Assembly: GCA_951406725.2 (NCBI GenBank)
Contig: OX597815.1
Location: forward strand, 21,080,001 to 21,144,000
Reading direction: 5' to 3'
Source of the DNA: Octopus vulgaris
Lineage: Eukaryota
DNA length: 64,000 nucleotides
The notes below the pieces were generated by a model. It was not told where the DNA came from. It did not search any database and saw nothing but the letters and a program-made list of their open reading frames with translations. Shown piece by piece: positions 28,190-43,539 of this stretch. A program made the position numbers and the translations under genes. The first letter of the stretch is position 1. The number at the start of each line of letters is the position of its first letter.

Positions 28190-29239
28190 GTACATATATG
28201 TATGTATATAGAGCTGTCTAGCTATTTCTATCTATGGATCTATATCTTTATCAAATGATTACTACCATCTATCTAAATCAAACAATCAGTCTTCCTAATT
28301 AGCTATGCTCCGAGCTAGCTATGCTTGCTTATCTCATAAAGTTTTATCATTTTGAAAACAATACAAATTTCAAATCTCAATCAATATTGAATACATTAAC
28401 CCTATGATATCTAATAAATGCATAGACCCTATAAATAATAAAAGAAGCAATAAGGTTTCTTTGTATAAAATTCAGTAATTAAAATTATAAGTTGTAAAAA
28501 ATCCTACGACTATTTTTTCATTTAATGTTCACCTATTATTTAGGTCCGTGTTTGTATAAGCTTGCATGTATATATATTTATGTGTGTGTGTGCGCGCGTG
28601 TACATGTGTATATAGTGATGCATGTATATATATTGCTTCGTTCTTTCTTATGTGTATTCAGATTCACAATTTCTGTATTCAACTACTCTACAATAATACA
28701 AAATGATATCATTTATTACAACCATTAATTTAAGACAGAGAGAGCAACATGACCTCCTCTTTCCTATAATATCTAATACCATTTTACATGAAAGATCTTA
28801 GCAGTTAATTCATTCATGATATGAATGAATTATGTTAATTTTCTCATAATATAATGTAATCTCGATGTACTTCATGTCAGGAATCGTGCGTTATTTATTA
28901 AATAATACGTATAGATTATTTGATATCCACCATATTACAAGCCAGCGACGTTCATTATGGGATTGTTCTCGTAATATTAAATAAAACAACAGGTCTATAC
29001 TAACAAGTTTTGTTTCTTTTCAGTAAAATATGAAAAAGGAATTGAGCTCGCATTGGAATTGAGATAGCCAACTATAGGTTTCTTTCTATAAGTATCTGTT
29101 TAGACCTTTCTCGCTAATTCAGGAATTAATTTGGTTACGAGACAGATATATAAACAGAGAGAGAAGGAGAGAGGGAGACATACAAAAAAGGAGGCAGAAA
29201 GAGAGACAGAGAGACAGATAGATACATAGCTAGATAAAC

Positions 29240-29346
<107 letters not shown>

Positions 29347-29422
29347 GATAGATAGATAGAATTACTGAAAAAGCAAAAGTTAACCCTGCAAATTTTATGG
29401 CTAGAAAACGATAACATACATT

Positions 29423-29538
<116 letters not shown>

Positions 29539-29768
29539 CGCACACACATGTAATTCTACGTATAGTAATAATAATACATTAATTGTTATTGTTGAAGTTG
29601 ACTACGTTTCTGTCACTACAATTTTCTCACCGGAAAGATGTTTGTCAAATATGTCAACAAATACGTTTTTTTAATGTTCCACCATCTCTCTCACTCAGTC
29701 ACTCTCTCTTTCTCTCTCTCGCTATCTAAATATCTATCTATCTATATCTGTATTTGTGTATACATATG

Positions 29769-29826
<58 letters not shown>

Positions 29827-29907
29827 CACATATATGCATATGCATATATATATATATATATATACACATTATATGCATATTAATACATATGTGTGTATGT
29901 ATGTGTG

Positions 29908-29953
<46 letters not shown>

Positions 29954-30238
29954 GATACGTATATAGAAATAAATATATACATACATGTATACATGTGAAG
30001 TTACATACTTACAAATATCTAGAATTGCATACAAGCATATTTATATATGAATATTTGGGCTGCGTTGACTTGCGTTAAATACTGGTTTTGATATTTAAAT
30101 ATATTTGCTTTAAGCTTTACTCAATTTTCTTATATTTCACTTAGTCTTCGTTGACTGTCCATTATTTTCATTTCGTCAAATATATGCTTCATTAATTTCC
30201 CACATATATATATATATGCAGGTAGGTTGGTAGGTAGG

Positions 30239-30311
<73 letters not shown>

Positions 30312-30453
30312 CTTTATATCTTTATATACATATATATATATATTCATGCACGATATCAAAATAGGACAAGTTGTCAGGAAATGAAGAGAAAAGGTGGAGG
30401 GAGATTTTGATCAAGAGGGAAAAAATGGTGGGATATATGTGTAGGTATAAATG

Positions 30454-30520
<67 letters not shown>

Positions 30521-30616
30521 CATATACATATAAATAAATAAATAAATATTTATATATATATATATATATATATTTATATGTATATATTGTCTATATATAT
30601 AAATATATATATATAT

Positions 30617-31018
30617 TCTTTTTATTCTTTTACTTGTTTCAGTCGTTTGACTGTAGCCATGCTGGAGCAACGCCTTTAGTCGAGCAAATCGTCCTAGAAC
30701 CTATTCTGTGTAAGCTTAGTACTTATTATATCGGTCTCTTTTGCCGAACCGCTAAGTTACGGTGGCGTAAACTCATCAGCATCGTTTGTCAAGCGATTTG
30801 GGTGGGGGGGCAAACACAGACACAAACATATACACACATACATATATATATATACGACGTGCTTCTTTCAAATTCTGTCTACCAAATCCACTCACAATGC
30901 ATTGGTCGGCCCGATGCTATAGTAGAAGACACTTGCCCAAAGTGCCACGCAGTGGGACTGAACCCGGGACCATGAGGTTGGCAAGCAAGCTATTTACCAC
31001 ACAGCCACACCTGCGCCT
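30617..31018 (-). mobile_element. SINE family B, full-length copy
   Basis: Reverse complement ggcgcaggtgtggctgtgtggtaa...ggttcagtcccactgcgtggcactttgggcaagtgtcttc...gaaacaagtaaaagaataaa. Confidence 0.85.
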
Positions 31019-31046
31019 ATGTATGTGTGTGTATATACAGACATAC

Positions 31047-32098
31047 AGGAAGTAAATAGACACGTTTCATTTTCAAAATCTTTTATTTAATACGCAAAGC
31101 GAACAATTGAAATGTAATCGATCGGTAGGACTACATACTTTAGTATTTAGTTGTCATCTCCTTTACAGATTTTAATTAAGAAACTCTTTTTGGCATTGAA
31201 CTGATGAGCTTTGTGGTTGTATCTTGTGGAATTTCTGCCCACTTTTCAAACAGCAATCGAAACAATTCATCTTTAGATTTAAGTTTCTGTCGAGTTTTTC
31301 GTATAGCTCTATCTAGTATGCTCCAAAGATTTTCAATTGGGTTCATGTCAGGAGATTGGCTCGGCTAAGGAAGCTTTTTGATCTCATATTCAGTCAGCCA
31401 TTGTTGATTCCTTTGATTCCTTTTCGCTGTGTGGCATTGCACTCATCGAATAATAAATAAAAACTCATTCTTCGTTATCTTATCGTGTGAATACATCGGA
31501 AGTAGTCCTTGCTTAAGTATTTCGATGTATTTTTCAGAGCTTATGGTTCCAACGCATTCGATCAGCTCAGAACGACCATTGTTGGTGCAGCTCCCCATAC
31601 CATTACAGAAATATCACCGTGTTTCACCGATGGCTGGAGTCGTTTCAAATCAAATCCTTGATTGGGAAGCCTCCAGGCCCAAACATGTCCACTGTCTGAA
31701 AATAATGCAAACCTGGATTCATCATTCTATCCCAAAATGAACTGGAGTTTTCTGACATCTCCTTAGCCCATTTCTTTCTTTTCATGATATTAATTGGTTG
31801 AAGGAGAGGTTTTCTTCTAGCTGCTCGCCCATAATACCCAAGCTTATGCAGATACGTTACACACGTGCTTGGACTAACTTCTAGCTGTTTTGCAATGTCA
31901 AAAGCCTTCGAATGGGGTTCGTTTTCCACAATTCTCTTCAAACAGCGAAGCTTCCTTTCCGAGGGCCCAGGTCGGCCGGGACGAGAATCTGTTGATTCTT
32001 TTCTTTGGCTTTTGAATTGCACTATAATTCTATCAGCAGTAGCAAGGGGAATTTGAAGATTTTCGGCAATTGTTCGCTGGTTAAGACCTCAGATTGCC
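31047..32098 (-). mobile_element. Decayed Tc1-family DNA transposon
   Basis: ORF 31645-32022 has RPGRP, an HTH and AARRKPLL. A downstream minus frame gives *PSQSPDMNPIENLWSIL (Tc1 catalytic-domain motif) at about 31315-31370. Stops and frameshifts present. Confidence 0.9.
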
Positions 32099-32911
32099 CA
32101 ACGATGTCTCTATACCTCTGTCATTTCACTACATTACATCTAGAGTTCTGTCTTTCTTCCATTCCTCCCGTTATTTAGATGTCTGCTTGCTTGACTATTT
32201 AGTAACTGTTGAGTCTCTCTCCTCCTCTCTCTCTCTCGCTCTCTCTATCTCTTTCTCTCTTTGTCTCCTTCTCTTTCTTTTTTTCTCTTTTTTTCTTTCT
32301 CTCCCCGTCTTACATGCGTTTTTATGTATCAATCAATCTAATCTATCACTGTGTAAAGCGCATTGTTTCCCTCTCTTCAACATACTCAACATGGCCACTA
32401 CTTTCTCCTTTCAATATAACAGGGAAAGAAAAAATCAACAGATGTAACCCATCGCTATAACAAGATAATAATGTACAGTTTATATGTGTGTGAGTGCACG
32501 AACAGATATATGTAAATATATTTATATACAAACACATGCATATATATTATATATAGATAAACATACATGTGTGTGTACGCTCGCACATGTGTGTGTGTGT
32601 CTGTGTGTGTGTGTGTGTGTGTGCATTTAGATCGTATTTTGAATAATTGAGAAATTTATAGCATTAGTCTTTTTACGAAATTGTTCAAACGTAAATGTAT
32701 ATGAACAATAGCTACTAATATGAGGAAAAACTGAACAATTTCAAGGGTTTTTCACATATATTACAACCTATTATTGATAGCTACAGTTACGTTGGATCAA
32801 CTTCGTAAAAATAAGTATATGTGTATTTGTAGATATATGTATGTATATATATATGTGTGTGTGTCTATGTATGTATATAGATAGATATAGATATATGTAT
32901 GTGTGTATATA

Positions 32912-32949
<38 letters not shown>

Positions 32950-32957
<8 letters not shown>

Positions 32958-33200
32958 ATCGATATCTATATATGTTATATTATATCTATATCTGTCAATC
33001 TATGTCTATCTATATATCTATATATTTATTTGCATATATATATATACATATATACATATATATATATATGTGTATATATATATGTGTATATATATATATA
33101 TTGTATCGATATCTATATATATTATATTATATCTATATCTGTCAATCTATGTCTATCTATATTTCTATATATTTATTTGCATATATATATATATACATAC
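32950..33200. repeat. Tandem duplication of a roughly 150-bp low-complexity unit
   Basis: attgtatcgatatctatatat...ctgtcaatctatgtctatctat...atttatttgcata occurs at about 32953 and 33100. Confidence 0.8.
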
Positions 33201-33952
33201 ATATATGAATACATTTAAATATATCTATATTTTATACATATGTATATATACATGCATATATATATATTTGTATGTATGTATGTATGCATGTATGTATCGC
33301 TTTTGACAAATTCATAACAAATGTCAACCAATATTTTTGATATTTAAATAACCTTTGGATGTGCGTGGTTATGTGTGCGTGTGCGCGTGTGTGCGTGTAT
33401 GTGTGTGTGTACTTGCGTACGTATTTATGTATATATATATATATATATACAAATAAATAATTTCCAAACTTTGCGCCGCAAGGTGTGTTTAAGTGCATGC
33501 CTGATTACTGAAACTATAATTTAAGGCTTTAGAAAATCCAAACTAATGCTTCAGTGTTTTCATAAAAGCGTGTTAAACATTTTTTTTTTTTACAAAGGTA
33601 TGTTTAGAATACACTAAAGACAAAAATTTCTTAATTTTTTTTTTTTTCTAAATTCATGACTTTAAAATAGCTTCAATTTTTATTTTTCCATACTAAGTGC
33701 GCCAATAATTTTTTTTTATTTGATATCCGGTTCGTCACGAAATGAAAAGAAAATTAAGAACAAGTGACGTGTGTATATGCGGTGTCTGTTTGAGTGCGTA
33801 TGAAAGCAAGTATGCATCTATGTATATTTTAATATCTATATGCCTTTATGTATATGTCCATACGTGGATGTTTTGTGTATGTGTACTGTATATATAGATG
33901 TATGCATAAATGTGTATATATATATATGTATATATATATATATGCATGTATG

Positions 33953-34002
<50 letters not shown>

Positions 34003-35267
34003 GTGTATATGTATATATATATATATATACACATATATATATATACATATATATATATATATGTATGTATATATATATATATATATGTACATATATATAC
34101 ATACATACATACATGCATACATACATACATACATATATACATACATACATGCATGTACATATCATCAGCAAAGTTGAAGCTACCATGTTCGTGTCTGTAC
34201 ATGTGTGTTTGTAACATATACGCATAATCTGAGGGTACTTGACTGTAACAAGATGTATCGACGTATAGAACCTGAAAACGTTAAATTCTAGCACTGTCAA
34301 TCAAATTAACCCTTACGTTATCAGAAAGCACCAAATTTATGAAAGAATGATACCATGAATGAGCAGGCACGAGTTTATAACTGGTATTCAATTTAACCAC
34401 TCCAGAATCATTTGAAATTGAGGAGATGTGATCTCGGTGGAGAAATGAGAGTTAACTAAATAATGCAAGATATTTTTATTGTATTATACTGACTCTGTCA
34501 CAATGCTTTTAGTAATTTCAAACCATATATCAGTGCTGATACGAAATATGAATATGAAGCTGGATTTCAGCAGGATTTGAAATCATATAAGCATTAAGCA
34601 TCAACCCTGGTTCTCTATTCACCGTAAGAATTTAAGATATTCGTTTCATATTATTCAAGCTAAACAGCATTCTCATTTCATTTTCCGAAATCCACCGACA
34701 AGGTTTCTTAAATGTTCTTTCACCATGGATTTATAGCTTTCTTGCTAAAGGATGTCTATCTTAAATCTCAAAACATAAGCGTACACAATGACAAAAAATG
34801 TAGAAAGGAATTAATTTTACGCAAGAAAAAGACTGTCCTCATAGAGCAAGATGGCAATATTTCCAGTCAAATTATTTCGGCCTGACTACCATCCCTTATA
34901 TCAATCGCTTTATTCTCCTAATGCCATATTCTTGGATTTATATTCTTCTCTGTAAAGCTAGAGAGTGTGTTTGTTGTTTTTTATATACTGAGTTGAAAGA
35001 AAAATAAACGAATCGAAATATATTTAATAATTATTTCTATCTAACATTGAAAAGAAGCCACAAATAGGAGACTGGTTTAGTCGATTAAGATGGCGTCCAA
35101 TGCCTGACTGGTACTTATTTTATCTACCTCAAGAGGACGAAAGCTAAATTCTTTCTCGGCGGAACTTAAGCGTACAATGTAAATAGACGTACATAAATAT
35201 CACAAATTTCAGATTCAATCACTCATGGCCTTCGAGCTATATGTGCGAGTGTGTGTATGTGTGTGTG

Positions 35268-35299
<32 letters not shown>

Positions 35300-35389
35300 T
35301 ATGTATGTATATATCAAATAAAATCAAAAACAGAACACAAAGGATATCGCGGTACACGTGTTCCAAGCTTTATAAATGACATACATATA

Positions 35390-35447
<58 letters not shown>

Positions 35448-35572
35448 GTGTGTGTATGTATATGTATATATATATGTAGATATATATGTATATATATATA
35501 TGTATATATATATGTATATATATATATATATATAATTGTATGTATGTATATATATATATGTATATATATGTG

Positions 35573-35611
<39 letters not shown>

Positions 35612-35614
35612 TTG

Positions 35615-35655
<41 letters not shown>

Positions 35656-36258
35656 GTAAAGATAAATGATATTAAATGAAATATGGAAGTCAAATGCATG
35701 CACAATAATTTATTCTTGTTCACGAAGGGTCACAATGGATTACTTAAATTTCATATTTCAAGTTCGACAAAATAAGTGAATTACTGACTTCCTTTTATGA
35801 TTTGGATTTTTTTTTCTGTCTTTCAAACGGAAAATCGATAGACGGGTCATACTACTGTAATCCCAGTAGTTTACAGTCAAATTAATTCAAAAAGGCAAAA
35901 ACATTCCCAGTACACAAAAAGTAAAAATAAGCGAGGAAAAAATTCTGGTCGCTTAGAGGCGAATTTCCATAATTTTCCTTTTGTGTCCGAATCGCTGTAC
36001 ACACCGACAATAAGATAAACTACCTTCATTTATGTGTGGCTCAGTTAATTCATTGAAAAGAGGCCGACCGAACTCTGGTTCAGTTAGTTTGTACAAGAGG
36101 AAATGTTGAATATTATTTCCTCGTTTAAAAATATTATATATGCTCAAAATCCTCCAATCTAGAAATAGTTATATTCGCATATATATGCAGCATATTTGCA
36201 TACATGTATATACAATCACGCGCACACATTTATATACATATGTCTACTTATATGTATG

Positions 36259-36348
<90 letters not shown>

Positions 36349-36684
36349 CTTCATTTAATTGAACAATGCAATCAATACATCTGTTTAAATGCAATGCCAT
36401 CTTCGGCTGCACAAATAAATAAATGGAATTTTAACAAGTAGGACACATTAAAATAATTTTTTTAAATATCTTAAAAGGGTAAGAGGGAAGAAATGTTTAT
36501 AAAAGTATACTTTGTTGTGCAAACATTATGTGTGTGCTGGCGTCTGTGTATATATATATATGTGTGTGTACGTGTGTGTGCGATTGCGTGCGTGTGTGTG
36601 CGTATGTGTGTGTGTGTACACATAGGACTTTAGAAACTTCGCGAGATGAAGAAAATTGGTAAAGCTATAAATAATCTGTCAATG

Positions 36685-36872
36685 ATAGGCACAAGGCCTG
36701 AAATTTAGGGGATGAGGCTAGTCGATTACATCGCCCCCATTGTTTAACTGGTACTTATTTTATCCATCCCGAAAAGATGAAAGATAAAGTCGTCCTCAGA
36801 CTGTAAAACCAGACGAAATACCGCTAAGGATTTTGTCCGCCGTACAAACGATTGTGTCAGTTCACCGCCTTA
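36685..36872 (-). mobile_element. Diverged SINE family A copy (alternative tail)
   Basis: ctggtacttattttatc..cccgaaaagatgaaag...gacgaaataccgctaag...tcaccgcct is the reverse of the family A consensus. Confidence 0.75.
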
Positions 36873-36938
36873 TAAGGCTATAAATAATAGCGTGCAAAAT
36901 ATTGGATTTAAAAAGAACATATAAACATGTGTGTGTGC

Positions 36939-36993
<55 letters not shown>

Positions 36994-37544
36994 TTAACCA
37001 TCCGGTCGATTTCGACGTATATGTACACAATTCTAGACGATTTACTTAGTGTATTCGCATGTGAAGTACCTGTGTACCCTTAACGTAAATCACTATTAAA
37101 TTAAGCATGATATTGCGTACCAAAGCTGGACCTTTATATTACAAGTAGAATTGAATGTTAAACGAAGATTGTGGCTATTGAATCTAGTCCTAAAGAGACC
37201 TTCTCTTGCACCCACATGTTTCCATGAGTTCGTTGCTTTCTAGGATCCTTCGACACCACCTACGCCTCATACAAAGTGGCTTCTGTATTGCATTGGCTGC
37301 TTAATGAGCATGTGAAATTACCTCTGCATGAGCAGCCAGACTCCGTTCTAGGTTTAGGCCAACTTACGTTTCTCTTCATGCTAGGAGCAAAGCTAAAACA
37401 GACTCTCAGTATATGACTTTTGATGACTTTCACGTATCCAAGAGATTCACTGTAGAGTAAAATTTTCTACAGACGCATAATAGTAGATAAACATTTTACA
37501 CGCACAATCACACACACACACATATATATATATATATGTATATA

Positions 37545-37716
37545 CAGAGCCGGATTTATCATTCTATTTAGATGTGCCCAAGCATAGGGCCCCGTTTATC
37601 ATCCTCCTGCGTCCAAAATTTTTACAATGAATTTCCTGAGCATGTATGTCTAACTGTCCAAGTAAGGGGCCTCATAACTTTACTAGCACAGGACCTCATT
37701 TGTCCTAAATCTGGCA

Positions 37717-37719
<3 letters not shown>
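37545..37719. mobile_element. MITE (175 bp) with CAG-terminated inverted repeats
   Basis: cagagccggattta / taaatctggcactg termini, internal gggcccc and ggggcc motifs, inserted in (TA)n. Confidence 0.75.
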
Positions 37720-37761
<42 letters not shown>

Positions 37762-37857
37762 CATACATACATACATACATACATACATACATACATACAT
37801 ACATACATAGGCACAGACATATATTTATACATACATACAAATATATATATATATATT

Positions 37858-37889
<32 letters not shown>

Positions 37890-39310
37890 TGTATGTATGT
37901 ATGTATGTATGTATGTATGTATGTATGTGTCTACGTATGTGTCTATGTATGTATTATGTAAATATATTTATTTATTTATTATTATATCTGCATATAATGG
38001 GACTGCCACAGTTGGAACGCATTCTGCATCATAGTTATGTTTGATCGAGACTAAACCAGACCAAAACAACTAAAACAATATCAAACATCATTATGCAGCT
38101 CATTTTTTTAGTGGCCTTATTTATTTATTTATTTATTTAATTATTGTTGCTTCTCCTAGTAATGTTTTTACTTTATTTGCAAAATGTTGGCCTTGCACCC
38201 TCTGCTTCTACTTCTCGTGATGATATTGCTTCGTTATATTTTGTTCCGAATATTATTTTAAATATTTTATATCTCGCGCATTGTTTTCTTCAAATGTCAC
38301 CATATGTTGCCAAATTTCATGCTGAGTTCTCTTCTTTTTTACGTTTATCCTTTAAAAACGAATATTGTTCCAAAATGTTAATATTAAATAAGTAATGTTG
38401 ATATGAAACAACTAAAATAGCTGTAGTTAGCAAAACAGGTAGAGTACACCTCACAAATACATACGGGTTTTATACAAGAATTTGGCGAGTTTATGAAAGA
38501 TTAGTTTTCATTACATGCTTCCATTTTTACAATCCAAAGCGGGAACCGGTAAAAGATATATCAGTTGCTTGAAATAGCAGCCACATAACTTTCAAATCAC
38601 ATTCTATCGTCTTGAAAAAACACACCCTAATACTAATATGTGACAATGTTATAAATCAATATTAAACGACGCTGGAGTAATAGACAAAATGTCGTCCAGC
38701 AATAATTAAGTACTTTAATGTTCTAAGTTATATCTTCCTAAGATCGATAAAATAGTTGGTAGATCTAATCTACTACCAAAATGATCAAAGGTCCTTCCCG
38801 AGCCATAAGCTCATAGGGCCGTTTTCCCCAGTTATGTGGTGTTTATACTCTCCCTTGGACGGGACTCCGATTCGTCGCAGGGTTACTCATTTTTGCCAGC
38901 TGAGTGAACTGGAGCAGCTTGAAATGAAGTGTTTTGCTCAAGAACACAACGCATCGAGGTATTTGGAATTTGTTGAAGATGCTCATAGTTCAAATCCTAC
39001 AAGGACGAACTGAGTTTTTCATCTTTAATGGGTGATGAAATCAATAAAACCAGTAATATACCAGTACCAAGTCTAACGATTACCGTCTAACCAATTCCCT
39101 TTTTTTTTAGAAAATTGGCTTTGTACATTTAGATGTCAAATAAAAGGTTTGGAATATAGACCCGAGAAAATTCAAAGTGGATGAAGCCAACTTAATGAAG
39201 AATAGAATAAGAATGTCGGCGATTTGCCAGAAAAAGAACAGATAGATGCAGCACCAAGAGTAGCGGGACATTCAGATGAGAATAACAATAAATCAATGTA
39301 TAGTGTGTAC

Positions 39311-39346
<36 letters not shown>

Positions 39347-40004
39347 CAATGGTTTCTAAGATTGGCACAAGGCCACACACTTTGGAGAAGAAGTGTAGTC
39401 GACCTAATCGACCTCATTATTTGACTATGTAAGAACGAAAGTCTGTGTTGACTTTGGCGGGATTTGAACTACGAGCTAAATACCGCAAGGCATTTCATTT
39501 GGCGATCTACCCATTCCGATACACATACCTAATTTTTATAATAATTATTTCTATCTAGAAACGAGGCCATAAATTTTGGCGGTTGTGTAGAGTGTGTGTA
39601 ATCAAATATGGATAAATTCTGGAATCCGAAGAAACTAGAGAGGGACCGGCACCAACAGAGATAGTAAGAAGTTTGTTGAGTGCCAATAAATTTGTTATCT
39701 GTGGGGTGTGGAAAAATCTGCCGTTTCGTGTTTTAGCACTTCAACTAAGTAAGTGTAGTGCTCAAATAATAACCGGCAATTTTTTCAATACTCTTCACAA
39801 TAAATGGCAAATGCCCAGCATATTTTCCTGTATGTACTTACTATATTCAATTTAATCATCCTCAGTGCTTGACTGGTACTTATTTTATCTAAAACAAAAT
39901 GTACATGCATACGTGCATACATACATGCATAGATACATACACACATATGTGTGTATGTGTGTGTATGTGTATACATATATAAACATAAGTGTACTTATAC
40001 ATAT

Positions 40005-40047
<43 letters not shown>

Positions 40048-40705
40048 GGTGAGTGTGCTAAATTGTAAAATTTCCGTGTTAAATGATAAGGCACTAAAAA
40101 GAGAATGACTCTCCCCAAACACAACACAATATGCTTCAACACACCAACGCACATAAAGAATCTTGCAAACCAAATCCCAAAACGAATTGTATACACACAC
40201 TTATGCATATAAGATATATGCATAAGTATATAGGATATAAGATATAAGATATATGGTGGGATATATGTATGTAGCGTGTAGTGGTTTCACACTTGTGTGA
40301 AGTCGAATTCTCTTAGATATATGGGAATAGCATTCTTTATTCACAGCCGAGCTTGTGTGAGTCGTTACTCGCAGTTTCTCGGTCCTAGTCTTCAAGTGAT
40401 TAATACATATGTTTGTGCGCATGCGTGTATATGTCGTAACCCATATGTGTCTATAGAAATTCTTATTTTGGTATGTGTGTGTGTGTATCGTAAAGAAATA
40501 GAGATTTAAATCGGGACGGGTACCATATAAGCAATCTGATGCAATCCAAATCTGACTAACCACATCAAATAATGAGGGACATTCAAAATCGTTTAAAATA
40601 AACAATTAAACTATATTTTTTCCCAGAGTTCGCTTCATTGGATTTCATATGTCATTCAGGGTATATAATCAAGACATAATAATGAAGAAGAATGGAATAC
40701 TTTAC

Positions 40706-42115
40706 ATCTTCAAAAGTTAAAGTATTTTCTTCTTATACCATTCGGAAACGTGTTTCTACTGGATAAGGGTCCTTGTGTCCTTTGATATAGCACAAATATG
40801 CATTTAAATCAATTGCAACGCATTCATATCTAAAGGTTGACAATCCTATGCAGCTTTATTCGAAGTGTTACCCATACAGGTGCGTGAAGCGAACTGAAGA
40901 TCCGAGTATTAAATATGCGTTCTTGAAGTATACTTTTGATGAGGAAACATGAAATATCGAGGTAAAGGGCATTGAAGATGGTGAAATTTGATATAACCAT
41001 AGTTCTGATATCCTTTAAACTTAGAATGACCATTTTAGACATTAAGGGAACAGATTAGTTTATTGCACTTGTAAAGGGTGTCTTAAGTAGGTCATTAAGT
41101 AGGACACAACTGATTACTCATATTAAAGGTGTAATATAAATAAAAGGTAAATGGGTAGAATTAAAGGAAAACGAAACAGAAAAAGATATTAATATTGCTT
41201 CATTTCGGTAATTTAACTTGTCCACAGCAACAAAATTCTATATTTTTTTAATATTAGGTGTCCAATAATAACTGATTTGAATAAAATATAGTAAAACTCT
41301 AGCATTATTTTTCGTTTAGTAGATGAAAACAATACTAATGTGAGGTTATCCAATCTGTTGGAATTGTAGACTAATGTAAATTAGATAAAATTTATATTAG
41401 TTAAATTTATAAGTATTGGACTTTACATAGGTTCATGTTCTACAGATTTTAAATAAAGATGACATAACCATCTTTCTTCTTTCAAAAACAGAGAAAATGA
41501 ACGAAAGGGACACTAAATACGACATTAAATGGTCAATTATTGGTAATGCGTTACCATATACGAATAGGAGTCGGAAATGGGATCTAAATACAAGTTATTA
41601 AACTGAGGAAATTAATTAGAGATGAAGTGTATATACATTCATACAGAAAAATTACTTATTAAATATTTTCCAAATAAGTAATTTTCATTTGAGCTCACTT
41701 AGATAGAAGGGCACACATGTTTACCTCGTCAAATACACACGAGTTTATTCTCATAATGTCTAAAGTGCTCATTCCAATTTCAGACGATACCAGAACTACG
41801 AATGTATCAATTTTCACCACTCCAATGTCCTCTACTCTGATATTTCATGTTCTCTCCCCAAAAGTATATTTTACGAACTTTTAGCTAATACTTGAATTTT
41901 CAGGTCGCTTCATCGACCTACGTGAGTAATATCTCACATAAAGCAGCATAGGATTGTTAACCTTTAGATTTGAATGTGTTGCAATTGATTTAATATAAAT
42001 CAACTAAATGCACATTTGTGTTATATCAGAGGACACAGGGACCCTTATCCAACAGAAACGCGTGTCGGAATGAATGGATTATGAAGAAAATATTTTAATA
42101 AATAAATTTGAAGAT
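40706..42115 (+). mobile_element. Decayed Penelope-like element (Naiad-like GIY-YIG) with inverted terminal repeats
   Basis: Inverted arms at about 40706-40880 and 41917-42115. Internal + frames give LYIGSCSTDFK*R*HNHLSSFKN (from 41421) and KWSIIGNALPYTNRSRKWDL (from about 41527). Degenerate HHR CAGAGGA...GAAACGCGUGUC at 42027-42066. Confidence 0.7.
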
Positions 42116-42616
42116 TATTATTGCTGCCTAGATTTTCTACATTGGCGTAAAGTTACATATATAAAAGGTAGTCATGGGAATTTAACCAGTGCATAGCTGG
42201 TAATTACAAATGTGCTACATCAAGTCTTGTGTAAATCAGTAAAACTAAATACTGTAAATATTGTCAGACGCTCGACCTTTCTGCCATGCCATCTCCGTGG
42301 TTTTAAAAAGTGTTGAGCAAAAAGTGTTGAGTTTGTTTCGGTTCTTCAACTACTAATTTCAAATTCTATCAAGGTTGATTTTCGCCTTTGGGTCGATAAA
42401 ATAAGAACCAGTTAAGCCGAAGTAATCGATTAACCCCTTCCCTTCGACTAACCTTGTGCCTACAGTCTCGAAGAATCGTTAGAGAGTCGAACGAAATACA
42501 TAGCAGCATTTTGTTCGTCTTTAGGTTCTTAGCTCAATTTCCGCCGAGGTCGGCTTTGCCTTTCATTCTTTTGAGATCGATAAAATTAGTACTGGTTATG
42601 TCCTGGAATAGAAAGG

Positions 42617-42715
<99 letters not shown>

Positions 42716-43539
42716 TAGATGAGGAAAGTTTTGAGTTCGAATTCTGTGCGGATTGGGTTTTTTTCTTTCAACCTTTCGGGGCCAAATGAATCTAATTGCC
42801 TCCGCTCTGAAAATTTGTAAAATTGTACCCATGTTAGAAGTCATAATTTACGGAACATTGGACATTCAGTAAATGGACCTGACATTTTATTCCTCGAGTC
42901 TTTACACAAGATTTCCTGTACATACGGCACTTATAACAACACGTATATCACATTTCTTCACCGAATTCATTCGCTCTTACTCTTCTCATACATTTCTAAC
43001 TTTCCCCGCAAAGGAACTCGGTTGCTTTATGAATGTTCTCTTAATATATCAAGTGCTTCGTCACCAATATTCTGTAGCGCATTTGAAAGGAAAACGTCTG
43101 CTTGATTGGCACTCACGTTTATGGCTTTTCTTTATCAAGTCATTGCTTCATCTTGTTGCTTCTACCATTACGATAATGGATTTGTCTTCTCAGAAGATTT
43201 AGATTTCACCCTCCTGTAACTGCTGCAACTAATCACTTTTCATCCCTATATTCCCATTATATTAATTACTATGATCCCTGCCCTTTCACCTTATATGCTA
43301 AAAACATTTGGTACTTCGAATTCCTCTATTTTCGTTTTTATAATTACGTTTGATATTCTAAAAACCGTGTGCTTATTGTTGCTGTTGCTTATTTCTTTTT
43401 TATATATTTGTGTTTGCTTTTTGTTAGTATGTTTTTCGTTTTTGTCTTTTGTTTTTGTTTTTGTTTTGTTTTGTATTTTTTCTTCATCATTCTGTATTTC
43501 TTTTACTGATCAATTCCTTATAATTTTTCTTTCTCTTAG

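Noticed and set aside
41421-41490. In-frame TGA in the Naiad-like GIY-YIG remnant as possible selenocysteine
   Set aside because: An adjacent TAA and frameshifts show general decay, the TGA is not at an expected Cys position, and no SECIS was identified.
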